NCBI GenBank assembly: GCA_034678415.1
Contig: JAXDBV010000181.1
Location: forward strand, 1-46,800
Source: Bacteroidales bacterium
Lineage (GTDB): Bacteria > Bacteroidota > Bacteroidia > Bacteroidales > VadinHA17
Reading direction: 5' to 3'
DNA length: 46,800 nt
The position numbers and the translations under genes are program-made. Positions 26,550-36,248 of the stretch are shown here, piece by piece. A model generated the notes under the pieces. The model ran no database searches and was not told where the DNA came from. It saw only the letters and a list, made by a program, of their open reading frames with translations. Each line of letters starts with the position of its first letter. Position 1 is the stretch's first letter.

Positions 26550-28235
26550 TCAGGAATAGAGATAGCGTTTTATTTTCTGTGTGGCTGTTTTCTCAAAAGG
26601 CTGAGGCTGGTATATCACTGCATGCAGCTGTGAGAATTTATTTACCCGGGCATTCACGTATGTCAACAGTTCTTTCAGCAGGTCATCGATCACTTGTTCC
26701 ACGTTTCTCACGGCTTCCTGCCGGACTTGTTTTGCATCGTTCAGGAATACCTGGAGTCGTGCTTCCACCTCTTCTTTGTTCAGGTGGACGAGGGCTACCA
26801 GCTTGTCTTTGTGTTTTACAACAACCGATTCCAGCACGTGGTGAAAGGTATTGATCACCGATTCGATCTCCTCGGGAATAATATTTTTCCCGTTGGCACC
26901 AATGATGATGTTTTTCAGGCGGCCGTTGATATGCAGGTTTTTCTGCTTATCGATATATCCCAGGTCGCCCGTGCGGAACCACCCGTCGGATGTCATCACC
27001 TCGGCGGTGAGGTCAGGTCTCTTATAATAGCCTTTCATAACATTAGATCCGCGAACCAGGATTTCCGGCAGTCCGGTCTCAGGATCGTTCCGGAGTGACA
27101 CCTCCACCTCAGGCAGGACGCGTCCGGTAGATTGAAAACGGATGTTTTTTCCTATGCCTCCGGCCACGAGAGGCGATGTTTCAGTAAGTCCGTAACCGAT
27201 AGCAAAGGGGAACCGTGCTTCACGCAGGAACTGTTCTACCGTTGCATCAAGCTTTGCACCGCCGATACCGAAAAATTTCAGCCTTCCTCCAAAAGTTTTC
27301 ATCAGTTTCCTTCCGGCCGCCAGGTGCAACAGGCGCCGGAAGAGGGGGATGGCATAAATGAAACGCAAGACAGGATGGTGGGTAAATTTGGGCAACACGC
27401 TGTTTCTGAATACTTTCTCAATCACCAGAGGAACACTGAGCATGAGGGTGGGTCTCACTGCAGCCAGTGCCGGCAGCAGCACGCTGGCGGTAGGCGGCTT
27501 ATCAAGGTAAACAATCTGCGAACCACCGAGGAGAGGCATCATCAACCCGATTGTGTTTTCATACGTATGCGCCAGGGGAAGGATGGAAAGAAATACATCA
27601 CCGGTAGTGGCCGGCTGTACAGTAAATCCCTGCAGGGCATCAAACACAATATTTCTGTGCGTCAGCATTACTCCTTTGGAGTTCCCGGTAGTGCCTGATG
27701 TATAAATGATAGCTGCCAGGTCGTCCTCGTTCACTTCGGCAGGTATCAGGCGGAGATCTGCTCCCGGCCGGTTCATTGACGTATCTGCCTTCCAGTTCTC
27801 ATCCCGGAGTGAGTCATCCGTGACGGTAAGATCCTCAAGGAGTACCCTGTGCTGCAGATCGGGCAGGTCTTCTCCTTCGATCCTTGCCAGCTGTTTCTCC
27901 GAGGCAATAAGAAGTTTGGAAAGAGAGTGGTTCAGCACCTGCCGGATCTCGGCCGGTGTGAACTCAGGCATCACGGGAACAGCAATGGCTCCCATGCTCG
28001 TGACAGACAGATAGGCAACAACCCAATTGGGCATGTTAGGTCCCAGTATAGCTACCCTGTCACCCTTACGGATCCCTTGTTGCTGAAGCTTTGATTGAAA
28101 ATTTGAAATCATCCTTCCCAGCTCAGCATACGTAATCGCTTCGTTATTTACATATGAGAGACAAGGCAGGTTGTTGTATTCGCGTATCCCGTGTAAAACA
28201 ACCTCGCGGATGGTTTGTCGACCTGGTAGTTTCAT
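26550..28235 (-). CDS. Long-chain fatty acid-CoA ligase (AMP-binding)
   Basis: Motifs 'IIYTSGTTGNSKGV', 'GYGLTETSP' and 'NVMKGYY...GWFRTGDLG'. Confidence 0.92.
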   Translation of the reverse strand: MKLPGRQTIREVVLHGIREYNNLPCLSYVNNEAITYAELGRMISNFQSKLQQQGIRKGDRVAILGPNMPNWVVAYLSVTSMGAIAVPVMPEFTPAEIRQVLNHSLSKLLIASEKQLARIEGEDLPDLQHRVLLEDLTVTDDSLRDENWKADTSMNRPGADLRLIPAEVNEDDLAAIIYTSGTTGNSKGVMLTHRNIVFDALQGFTVQPATTGDVFLSILPLAHTYENTIGLMMPLLGGSQIVYLDKPPTASVLLPALAAVRPTLMLSVPLVIEKVFRNSVLPKFTHHPVLRFIYAIPLFRRLLHLAAGRKLMKTFGGRLKFFGIGGAKLDATVEQFLREARFPFAIGYGLTETSPLVAGGIGKNIRFQSTGRVLPEVEVSLRNDPETGLPEILVRGSNVMKGYYKRPDLTAEVMTSDGWFRTGDLGYIDKQKNLHINGRLKNIIIGANGKNIIPEEIESVINTFHHVLESVVVKHKDKLVALVHLNKEEVEARLQVFLNDAKQVRQEAVRNVEQVIDDLLKELLTYVNARVNKFSQLHAVIYQPQPFEKTATQKIKRYLYS

Positions 28236-28379
28236 CCCGTATTACTTCCTGTTTCTGCAAATGTACGGTTAATTTTTTGATTTATTTTTAAGCTTTACAG
28301 GCAATGACAAACAGCTGCCCCATGTTTTGTCATGGCACGAAAGGCCTGAGATGACATCGATCAAGTCGGAACAGGAAAC

Positions 28380-28520
28380 CATGGCAAGAGCTTTCATGTT
28401 CTTACCCGGATACCCCGTTGCTGTTGCATTGATTGCGGGGCGAGCTCTTTGTGCTGTCAGCAATCGCCGGTTAAGCACGAACAGGAAGGAAGAAGCAGCG
28501 TTCGTAAGGAATTCTGCGAG
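28380..28520 (-). pseudogene. Possible relic of an ArsG/cytochrome-c-biogenesis-type arsenic permease
   Basis: Minus-strand 'LLTAQRARPAINATATGYPGKNMK' resembles my recalled consensus 'LLTAISPCPLATNITAIGYISKD'. Lies directly after the arsR relic. Confidence 0.45.
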
Positions 28521-28614
28521 AACTTATCCCATCTTCCGTTAACAATGTACAGATCACCCGTTGCCGCATGACTGATCTGCCTGAATTTTCAAAACCAGTT
28601 ACACGGCATTTTCA

Positions 28615-28896
28615 TCAGCGGTACTTTTCATCATAATTGTCCCTGTTCAGGCAATATGTGATACGGGGATGATTGATTTCTCCCCGGATGCGACCAGCCT
28701 TTTTAATTCGTTCATATGTTGTGTAAGTGTTGATTTGGCTCTTGGCAGCACTTCCGACAGGTGGGTGCCAAACGCGTATGTATGGGGGGAGAGGAGGTCA
28801 GGGATAAACATTTGCAGGGAAGGTCCCATGGTCATGGCTAATCTTGCAGCATCCTTCGGTGATTCTTCCTGGCGTAATTTCCCGGGCGGGTAACAT
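28615..28896 (-). pseudogene. arsR: Frameshifted ArsR-family regulator relic
   Basis: 'ARLAMTMG...LSEVLPRAKSTLTQHMNELKR' continues in another frame as 'IRGEINHPRITYCLNRDNY'. This matches the Bacteroidota ArsR pattern 'LPLAQSTVSQHLKELK..GLIQGEI..P...YCIN'. Confidence 0.7.
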
Positions 28897-28930
28897 GAAG
28901 GAAATCTGACCGGGTGGGGGCAAAGAAATC

Positions 28931-30373
28931 TTATCGTTTTCTCAGGATATCCAGAGCACACATATAACCGCAGTAGATAGCTCCGGAGAATCCCCCTCCA
29001 TATTTACCCCAGGCGGATGCCACATACAGGTTGTCAAGCAGGTCCGTTTCTCCCGACCGGGTTTTCCCCGGTGCCTGTGCAAAGCCATACACCGCCCCGC
29101 CGGGATTCATGGTATACCGTTCAATCGTTCTTGGTGTACCTGTTTCATAGTATTCGATGAGGTGCTGGAGGCCAGGGAAGAATGAGTCCAGCCTTTGTAT
29201 GAATGTCCGGGCTACCGTTTCTTTTTTCAATCGATACTGTTCCTCCTCCATTTGTTCCCAGTCGGAAGAATAATCGGTACAACAGACGGCTCCCACGCTT
29301 TTTCCCTCGGGTGCCAGTGCTGAATCGAGCTGGCCGTAGTCAACAAAAACAAAACTTCTATTTGCGAAAGGGCCCCTGTTGTTCCCTGCAATATCTGCCT
29401 GGGTTTTCACGGACGGATCGAAGAAGAAGGTGGAATAATGGCGGTTTCCTGTCTCTTTCAGTGGTTTGCTGAATCCGAAATAGACAGTGAGCAGCGATGG
29501 GCCTATGGTCAGTCCCATGATTTTCTCTTCCATAAGGCTTCCCGGTTTCCCAGGCAACAGGTCTTTTGCAACCTTTGGTATGGCTGCATTCACAATGACG
29601 GTATCGGCCTGTGCCTGTGTCTGCAGTTTCCCGGAGCTTTTTTCCCGGAAGATGACGCCGGTAGCTTTTCCTCCCTCCACAAGTATTTTCTCGGCTACAT
29701 TTCTGAGCAGTACATCTCCTCCATATTGTTGAATCGATCCGGCAAGATAATCGGAGAGCACCTGTGATCCTCCGCGAATGAAGTTACCTCCCCCCGAGAA
29801 GTAACTGGCCTGCGCAATGGCATAATAGTTCAGCGACAGTGCGTATGGATCATCATGGAAGTAGCCGAGGTTTCCCAGCAGTACCAGCTTGAGATCATCA
29901 TCCCTGATGATGGAATCGAGAAAATCACCCACACTCATGTCGGGCATTCCTTCTGATTCTTTCATTATCTGCCGCGCATTGAGCAACCGGTGGAAGTAGT
30001 CATTGATCCCTTTTTCTTCCTGTGGAAATCGTTCTCTCAGGGCTTGTTTAGCCCGTTCCGGTTCATGGGGCATGACCATGTCCACACGGTTGTTCACGAA
30101 CCGGTAAAGTTCAGGTACTTTGAGGAACACCACCTTGTTGGATACCCCGAGGTCCCGGAAGATCCGTGTCTTCATATCCCGTTGGTCGAGGCCGTCCATC
30201 TCATGCAGTCCCGCTTCAAGAATAAAATCTTTCCGCTTAAAGGATGTGGCACATCCGCCCGGTTTATCATGCTGTTCGATGAGCAACACCTTTTTACCCT
30301 CCTTGGCCAGCTTTGATCCGGCCGTAAGTCCGCCCAGACCGGCACCGATGATAATCACGTCGTACTTTTTCAT
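28931..30373 (-). CDS. FAD-dependent oxidoreductase, phytoene desaturase/retinol saturase family
   Basis: Motifs 'IIGAGLGGL.AG..LAK.GKKVL..EQH..PGGC', 'GGSQ.LS..L', 'TPRTIERYT.NPGGAVYG' and 'GGGFSGA'. Confidence 0.87.
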   Translation of the reverse strand: MKKYDVIIIGAGLGGLTAGSKLAKEGKKVLLIEQHDKPGGCATSFKRKDFILEAGLHEMDGLDQRDMKTRIFRDLGVSNKVVFLKVPELYRFVNNRVDMVMPHEPERAKQALRERFPQEEKGINDYFHRLLNARQIMKESEGMPDMSVGDFLDSIIRDDDLKLVLLGNLGYFHDDPYALSLNYYAIAQASYFSGGGNFIRGGSQVLSDYLAGSIQQYGGDVLLRNVAEKILVEGGKATGVIFREKSSGKLQTQAQADTVIVNAAIPKVAKDLLPGKPGSLMEEKIMGLTIGPSLLTVYFGFSKPLKETGNRHYSTFFFDPSVKTQADIAGNNRGPFANRSFVFVDYGQLDSALAPEGKSVGAVCCTDYSSDWEQMEEEQYRLKKETVARTFIQRLDSFFPGLQHLIEYYETGTPRTIERYTMNPGGAVYGFAQAPGKTRSGETDLLDNLYVASAWGKYGGGFSGAIYCGYMCALDILRKR

Positions 30374-30384
30374 ACTTTACGGAT

Positions 30385-31557
30385 TTAGTTGTCCTGGCCG
30401 GGAACAGGAAATCTTCTGAACGGGGCATTCCTGTCAAACAGATACCGATATGTTATGTAATGCTTGGCTGGTACGCTTCCCACGGAGAGGAAGATCTTGC
30501 GCATTTTGGGATTGAAATCGCCCACCCATGAGAATTCAATCTCACGGTAATGCTTTTTTCGTTCAAATACCTTTGACAGGTGGTAAATGATGGCCGATTC
30601 GATCCCCAGGCCCTGGTACCCGGGTATGACACCCATGAGCACACCCCTTGCACGGGTCATGGTCTTCCTTTGTTTCAGGTAGAGGAATTTGAGCATATTC
30701 CACAGGTGCATCTTGCCATTGAGGTGCCTGAGGATCATGTTCACATCGGGATACATCAGGTAGATGGCGATGGGTTTTCCCTCATGGTATGCCAGCCAGA
30801 TAAACTCCTCCTCTATAATGGCTTTTCCTTTTTTTAGCCATTTGACAATATACTCCGGCTGGAGGGGTTCAAAATCCTCCCTGAACGATTTCCAGGCAAT
30901 GTTATACACCTCAGCAAAATCGGCGACATACTTATCCATCTTCTTCCATGAGAAGTGTTCGAATGAGTATCCCGGCTTTTTCCCCACCCATTCTGCGATT
31001 TTCATGAACCGGTCGGGGAGAGGCCTGGTAAGATCAAGGTGGAATCCTTCCTGCTTATAGTAGAGTCTGAATCCATATGATTCAAACAGATCCTGGTAGT
31101 AATTGTGGTTGTATGCTATCTCAAAGGACGGATGGGTAAATCCGTCGACCAGCAGGCCCCAGTAACGGTCACGGTCGCCGAAGTTTATGGGTCCGTCCAT
31201 CGCATGAAATCCTTTGTTCCTGAGCCACTCACGTGCGGCATCGAACAGCATGGCAGCCGCATTCCTGTCATTAATACATTCGAAAAAGCCAATCCCTCCG
31301 GTGGGCAGGTCCCCGTTAACAGCCGTCTTTTCGTCGTAAAATGCAGCGATTCTGCCGGTCAATAGACCGTTATTGTCCTTCAATACCCAGCGAATGGCAT
31401 CCCCGTGACGATAATAAATGTTTTTTGAGGGGTTGAAGATGTCATCAATATCCTTGTCAAGCGGGCAAACCCAGGTATCGTCGTTGCGGTAAATCCATTT
31501 TGCTACAGCGATAAAATCCTTCCTGTTTCTTTTGCCGGTCACCTCTTCCAGTTTCAT
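30385..31557 (-). CDS. GNAT-family acyltransferase (YghO-like / bacterial ceramide synthase-like)
   Basis: Motifs 'IY..D..WV.PL..D....F.P.KN', 'GRIAAF', 'GFFECIND', 'GLLVDGF', 'GV.PGYQGLG' and 'E.SWV...N..M'. Confidence 0.75.
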   Translation of the reverse strand: MKLEEVTGKRNRKDFIAVAKWIYRNDDTWVCPLDKDIDDIFNPSKNIYYRHGDAIRWVLKDNNGLLTGRIAAFYDEKTAVNGDLPTGGIGFFECINDRNAAAMLFDAAREWLRNKGFHAMDGPINFGDRDRYWGLLVDGFTHPSFEIAYNHNYYQDLFESYGFRLYYKQEGFHLDLTRPLPDRFMKIAEWVGKKPGYSFEHFSWKKMDKYVADFAEVYNIAWKSFREDFEPLQPEYIVKWLKKGKAIIEEEFIWLAYHEGKPIAIYLMYPDVNMILRHLNGKMHLWNMLKFLYLKQRKTMTRARGVLMGVIPGYQGLGIESAIIYHLSKVFERKKHYREIEFSWVGDFNPKMRKIFLSVGSVPAKHYITYRYLFDRNAPFRRFPVPGQDN

Positions 31558-31587
31558 TCCCGTAGTATAAATTATGGTGAACAGGTG

Positions 31588-33366
31588 TTAATAGTTGTGT
31601 TTCTGGTAGATATCGGCCAGTACATGGCTGTAACGGTTGAGTATGAAGGAGCGTCTGAGCTTGAGGGTGGGGGACAATTGTCCTGATAAGGGTGACCATT
31701 CTTCCGGAACAAGGCGGAACCTCACAATTTTTTCGTATTCAGACAGGGCTTTGTTGATACGGTTGATGTCATCGCTGATCATTTTTTGCACCTGTGGCAG
31801 CCGGATCAGGCTGTTTTTGTCTGTCACAGGTATCTTTTCCGTCTCACACCACTGTTCAAGATAGGAGAAGTTGGGTGAGATGATGGCGCTGGCAAACTTC
31901 TCATTTTCGCCCACCACCATTACCTGGTCGATATATACCGATTCCCTGAACTTGTTTTCAATGATTTGTGGTGCGACGAATTTACCGTTGGAGAGTTTGA
32001 ATATCTCTTTTTTCCTGTCGGTAATCTTCAGGAAACGGTTGTCTACCCAACATCCGATGTCACCGGTACGGAACCATCCATCTTCGTCAAAAGCTGCGCG
32101 GGTCAATTCAGGATCTTTGTAATAGCCGAGCATCACGTTATGTCCTTTACAAAGGATCTCTCCGTCATCAGCGATTTTCACCTGTATGCCGTCGATGAGT
32201 GTTCCCACGGTTCCCAGTTTTACATCGGGCAGGGTAGTTTTATTAATCGTTATAATAGGGGATGTTTCGGTAAGGCCGTACATATTGATGGCTTTTATTC
32301 CTGCCGCCCAGAATATTCTTTCTATCCTGGGCTGGAGGCTGGCTCCGCCGCAACCCACGAGTCTTACCCTGCCGCCCAATGCTTCCCTCCACTTGCTGAA
32401 TACCAGCTTGTCGGCCAGCCGTAGCTTCAGGCGGTAGAACCTGGAGCTTTCATCATCGGTCTTATAACGGAATCCCAGGGATACAGCCCAGAAAAAGATG
32501 AGACGTTTCAACCCGGTCAGTTTTTCCCCCCGCGCGATGACTGTACTTATGATTTTTTCCAGGATACGGGGCACGGCATCGAACCCGTCGGCTCTGATCT
32601 CTTTCATATTGGATGCAATGGTGCCCATGTTCTCGGCATAGTAGATGGTACTGCCGCTGTATTGAGTCTGGTAATTGCCCAGTCGGCCTCCCACGTGGCA
32701 CAATGGAAGGATGCTAAGGTACTTGTCGGTGGAGGTGAGACAGAATACCTCTGCTGCCGCCAGGAAATTCCTGACAAGGTTTTTATGAGACAACAACACA
32801 CCTTTCGGTGTACCTGTAGTCCCCGATGTATAGATCAGGGTGGCAGGATCATCGGCCTGTATGTCTGTTTTCCTGCGTTCAAGGTCACCAATGAATTTGT
32901 CTGCCATCTTTTCTCCAAGACTTACTATATCCATCCATGACCTGGCACCCGCCATATCATCAAAGGTATATATGTTGTCAGCATTGACCGACCGGTTGGC
33001 CTGTGCTATTTTTTTATACAACGCGGGATCACCGGCAATAACCATCCTGGCATCGGAATGATCCAGGATATAGGTATAATCATCATTACTGAGGGAAGTG
33101 AACACAGGGACATGAACCACACCGGTCATGGCCATTCCCATATCGGCGAAATTCCATTCGGGACGGTTATTGGTAACGGTGAGGATCTTATCCCCTTTCC
33201 GGAATCCCAGCGCCAGCAATCCGCAGGCAAATGATGTGGCAAAGCGGATGTATTGTTCTGCTGTATAGGTTATCCATTGCCCGTCCTTTTTACAGGCGAA
33301 AGCATCATGACCGGGAAACTTCTCCCTGTACCTTTCAAGAAGGTCAAAAATCCTGGTTATTTCCAT
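31588..33366 (-). CDS. Long-chain fatty acid-CoA ligase (AMP-binding)
   Basis: Motifs 'LIYTSGTTGTPKGV', 'YGLTETSP', 'GWFRTGDIG', 'ITDRKKEIFKLSNGKFVAPQ' and 'PTLKLRR'. Start moved to ATG 33366. Confidence 0.92.
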   Translation of the reverse strand: MEITRIFDLLERYREKFPGHDAFACKKDGQWITYTAEQYIRFATSFACGLLALGFRKGDKILTVTNNRPEWNFADMGMAMTGVVHVPVFTSLSNDDYTYILDHSDARMVIAGDPALYKKIAQANRSVNADNIYTFDDMAGARSWMDIVSLGEKMADKFIGDLERRKTDIQADDPATLIYTSGTTGTPKGVLLSHKNLVRNFLAAAEVFCLTSTDKYLSILPLCHVGGRLGNYQTQYSGSTIYYAENMGTIASNMKEIRADGFDAVPRILEKIISTVIARGEKLTGLKRLIFFWAVSLGFRYKTDDESSRFYRLKLRLADKLVFSKWREALGGRVRLVGCGGASLQPRIERIFWAAGIKAINMYGLTETSPIITINKTTLPDVKLGTVGTLIDGIQVKIADDGEILCKGHNVMLGYYKDPELTRAAFDEDGWFRTGDIGCWVDNRFLKITDRKKEIFKLSNGKFVAPQIIENKFRESVYIDQVMVVGENEKFASAIISPNFSYLEQWCETEKIPVTDKNSLIRLPQVQKMISDDINRINKALSEYEKIVRFRLVPEEWSPLSGQLSPTLKLRRSFILNRYSHVLADIYQKHNY

Positions 33367-33465
33367 GGGGATTGTTCTGCAAGGATTACTGTTATTAAAG
33401 GTAAAGATAATCAATTATTAAATCTGATAAATCTGACGTCCCTGAATCCGGCCGGAAAAAGAAAA

Positions 33466-34596
33466 TCACGACAGGTCGATTGATGTGAGGTATGCAGGGG
33501 TGTTCCTGAAAACATCCTTCTCCTCCTCGCTGTAATTACTGAAGCGGGCGTAGATCTTAACCGGTTTTCCTTTGAACACTGTGTTAAGGGTTCCCAGATG
33601 ACCATGGTTTTTCAGGTCGTGGTATATGCTGCTGTCAATATCGATCCAGCTCAGGGAAACATTTCTTTTAAATTCAGCCAGTACGCTCTCCATCAGTTTA
33701 ACAATATCGGCCACATGGCCGGGTTTATAATACAGGGCATCCATACCGACAAAATGCAGGGTGCCGGGAGAGAATATCCTCCTCATAACGGGCAACCTGC
33801 CGATGACTTTAAACATGAACCAGCCCCACAGTTCAGGTAGCTCAACCACATGCAGGGTGCCCGCTTGTGCATTTACCGCCGCGGTGATAGCCCCGTTTTT
33901 CCTCATCACGAAATACTGGCCTTTCCCGTTGGCATAATCAAGGGTGTAGAGGGAGTAAGGTTTGTAGAAATCGCAGAGCAGCTTCTCAAGGCTTTCCTTT
34001 TCCCACGGTTTTGCCCTGTCAAATCCTTCATGTTTCCTTGGATTGATCCTGCTGAAAGGGAAGGTGGCGGCAGAACGGATATGTTCGTACCCTGCCTTCC
34101 TGATAATATTTTCAGAACGCTGGTTATAGGCTTCCAGGCAGTTATATAGTAAATACTGATGGTTTTCTCCCGGCTCCAATAATTTCAACACTTCAGGATT
34201 GGTAAGTACCTCCAGTATTTTTTCCTTGATGGATCCTTCACGCACGGGCCGGCGTTTCTTTCTTGTTTCTTTTTCCTGTCCTACCAGTTTTCGCTGGTAA
34301 GGGGTGTCAATGGAGAAGTATCGGACATAAAATGAGGGATGGGCTTTGCCACGGGTGAAGATGGTTCGTTTACAGAAAGCGATAATCCCTACCAGCCTCG
34401 ACTGTCTCCGGCCTGTGATGAAAAAGATGTTATCGCCGTACGACATGATCTGGTTTTGCACGCCCCTGAGAGCGTAACGGAATCCACCGGGATTGCCGAT
34501 CACGGTCCGTTTGAGAAGCGCCAGCTCATCGTCCCGCAACTCATTGGCCACAGTGATCTCAAACTTGCCTATGGATATTTTCTGGATAATATTCAT
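33466..34596 (-). CDS. Hypothetical protein, possible tandem-GNAT fold
   Basis: 376 aa ORF. 'LVGIIAFC...FYVRYFSIDTPYQRK' and 'N.RS...I.KAGY' resemble GNAT motifs A and B. Confidence 0.5.
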   Translation of the reverse strand: MNIIQKISIGKFEITVANELRDDELALLKRTVIGNPGGFRYALRGVQNQIMSYGDNIFFITGRRQSRLVGIIAFCKRTIFTRGKAHPSFYVRYFSIDTPYQRKLVGQEKETRKKRRPVREGSIKEKILEVLTNPEVLKLLEPGENHQYLLYNCLEAYNQRSENIIRKAGYEHIRSAATFPFSRINPRKHEGFDRAKPWEKESLEKLLCDFYKPYSLYTLDYANGKGQYFVMRKNGAITAAVNAQAGTLHVVELPELWGWFMFKVIGRLPVMRRIFSPGTLHFVGMDALYYKPGHVADIVKLMESVLAEFKRNVSLSWIDIDSSIYHDLKNHGHLGTLNTVFKGKPVKIYARFSNYSEEEKDVFRNTPAYLTSIDLS

Positions 34597-34683
34597 AACT
34601 GTTAATTATTCAGGAGATGTAAGGACAATGGGGTAGAATGAAACTAAACTGTGATTTCCGCAAGGAAGACTTATGAGATCATG

Positions 34684-36051
34684 TTATGATTCATTGTTAT
34701 GAATGTTGAAGGCTGAAAGAATATCAGAAACGAACCGGTTATAATCCATCATCTTTTCGCCATAACCAAGCCTGATGATGATCATGTTCCGGGAAGGAAT
34801 GATATATACCAGTTGACCCATAAAACCGCGGAAGTAGAATATATCCCCGGGACAGTCGGGCAGTTTTCCTCCCCTGTTAAGCCAGATCTGCGCGCCATAG
34901 TCACCGTTCGATCCTTCCGCTGGTTGGATGGAATAGTCCACCCATCCGGGGGGGAGGATGGTATCACCTGCGAACACTCCTTTGTTGAGGAAGAGAAGGC
35001 CAAAGCGTGCCCAGTCGTGGACTGAGGCAAAGCAGTAGGATGAACCCGTAAACGTACCGGCGGCGTCCGCTTCCAAAAGGGTATTGCGCATCCCTAACCT
35101 GTTGAAAAGAGACGTGTGGGGGAACAGGTGATACTCATGAATATCGTTGAAACAATGACGGATAATCCCAGAAATAATATTGGTGTTTCCCGACGAATAA
35201 TGCCATACCTCGCCGGGTTTGCTTGCCGCAGGTCTTTCAATGGCATACTTATACATGTCTCCCTTCATATACAGCATCCTGGTAACATCCGACAGGTCAA
35301 AGTACGCTTCCACCCATTCCAGTCCACTGACCTGGTGCATCAGGTGGTTCAGCGTGATCTCCTTTCTTTCATCGCCGGTCCATTCGGGAACAGGGGCGGG
35401 AGCGTCAAGTACCAGTTTCCCCTGGCCAACGAGTATGCCCACCATGGCATTGGTAATGCTCTTGCTCATCGACCAGCCAATCAGCTTCGTATCGGGAGTG
35501 ATATCACCGGCATATCTTTCGCGTACCGGCAGGTTTTTATATATCACCATGACGGCCAGTGTTTTGAGCGACGGTTCGGCCCCTTCCGGATCAAATACAC
35601 GGTTAATGGCTGTGTCGAGAAGCGGATAATTGATTTCAGGAAAGAGGGTGTCCCTGTAACGGTTTCCGAGCGGCCAGTCAATGGTGTCGGGGTCGGACTG
35701 CAGCCGGGGGATATCCGTGACAGCCTGGGCACGGATGGAGTCTTCATCAGCATCGGCCACGGGAGTGGCTCCCAGGCCTTCACGGTACACCGCCTTCCTG
35801 CGGGCCAACCCCAGCAGACTGGCTGTAACCGACTGATCTTCATAATTCACCTTCGTTTTGGCCAGTGTCACCGGGAAGAAACTCTGCGCACGCACTTCTT
35901 CAGGGCTGCGATCAGCCATGAACAGGCTGGAACACATGAGCTTAGCGGATATGCTGGTGAGGATGGGCAGGCGCGGCCACACCCAGAAAACACCCAGAAT
36001 AACCGCAATTGCCACAATGAACAGAAGGATACGAATGATGATCTTTTTCAT
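34684..36051 (-). CDS. Serine hydrolase, beta-lactamase/AmpC-like family, membrane-anchored
   Basis: SxxK 'WSMSKS', 'WHYSSGNTN' and 'DWARFG.LFL..G'. N-terminal TM helix. Confidence 0.88.
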   Translation of the reverse strand: MKKIIIRILLFIVAIAVILGVFWVWPRLPILTSISAKLMCSSLFMADRSPEEVRAQSFFPVTLAKTKVNYEDQSVTASLLGLARRKAVYREGLGATPVADADEDSIRAQAVTDIPRLQSDPDTIDWPLGNRYRDTLFPEINYPLLDTAINRVFDPEGAEPSLKTLAVMVIYKNLPVRERYAGDITPDTKLIGWSMSKSITNAMVGILVGQGKLVLDAPAPVPEWTGDERKEITLNHLMHQVSGLEWVEAYFDLSDVTRMLYMKGDMYKYAIERPAASKPGEVWHYSSGNTNIISGIIRHCFNDIHEYHLFPHTSLFNRLGMRNTLLEADAAGTFTGSSYCFASVHDWARFGLLFLNKGVFAGDTILPPGWVDYSIQPAEGSNGDYGAQIWLNRGGKLPDCPGDIFYFRGFMGQLVYIIPSRNMIIIRLGYGEKMMDYNRFVSDILSAFNIHNNES

Positions 36052-36248
36052 GACTCAGGTTTTGTTCGGGTCATTAAAGTAAGATAATCCTTGTGTATTT
36101 TCAAATTTATGGATTCAAAATGTGCCGGCCAGGCTTTTCCGGTATTAACACGATTAGCGACCATTGAAAAAATATCGTCGGAAAGCCTGTTCTGGCAAGT
36201 ATTTTGCTCATGAACCATTAGGTGGGAAACCCATTAAAAATGCAGGTC

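Noticed and set aside
28647-28961. 104-aa ORF as an intact gene
   Set aside because: Only its central part resembles ArsR and the similarity continues in another frame, so it is treated as a pseudogene.
34684-36051. Antibiotic-resistance beta-lactamase
   Set aside because: The SxxK fold with a membrane anchor fits the broad esterase/amidase group. Class A and class C specific motifs (SDN, KTG) are absent.
35116-36087. 323-aa plus-strand ORF
   Set aside because: It is antisense to the well-supported serine hydrolase and has no recognisable motifs, so it is a shadow ORF.
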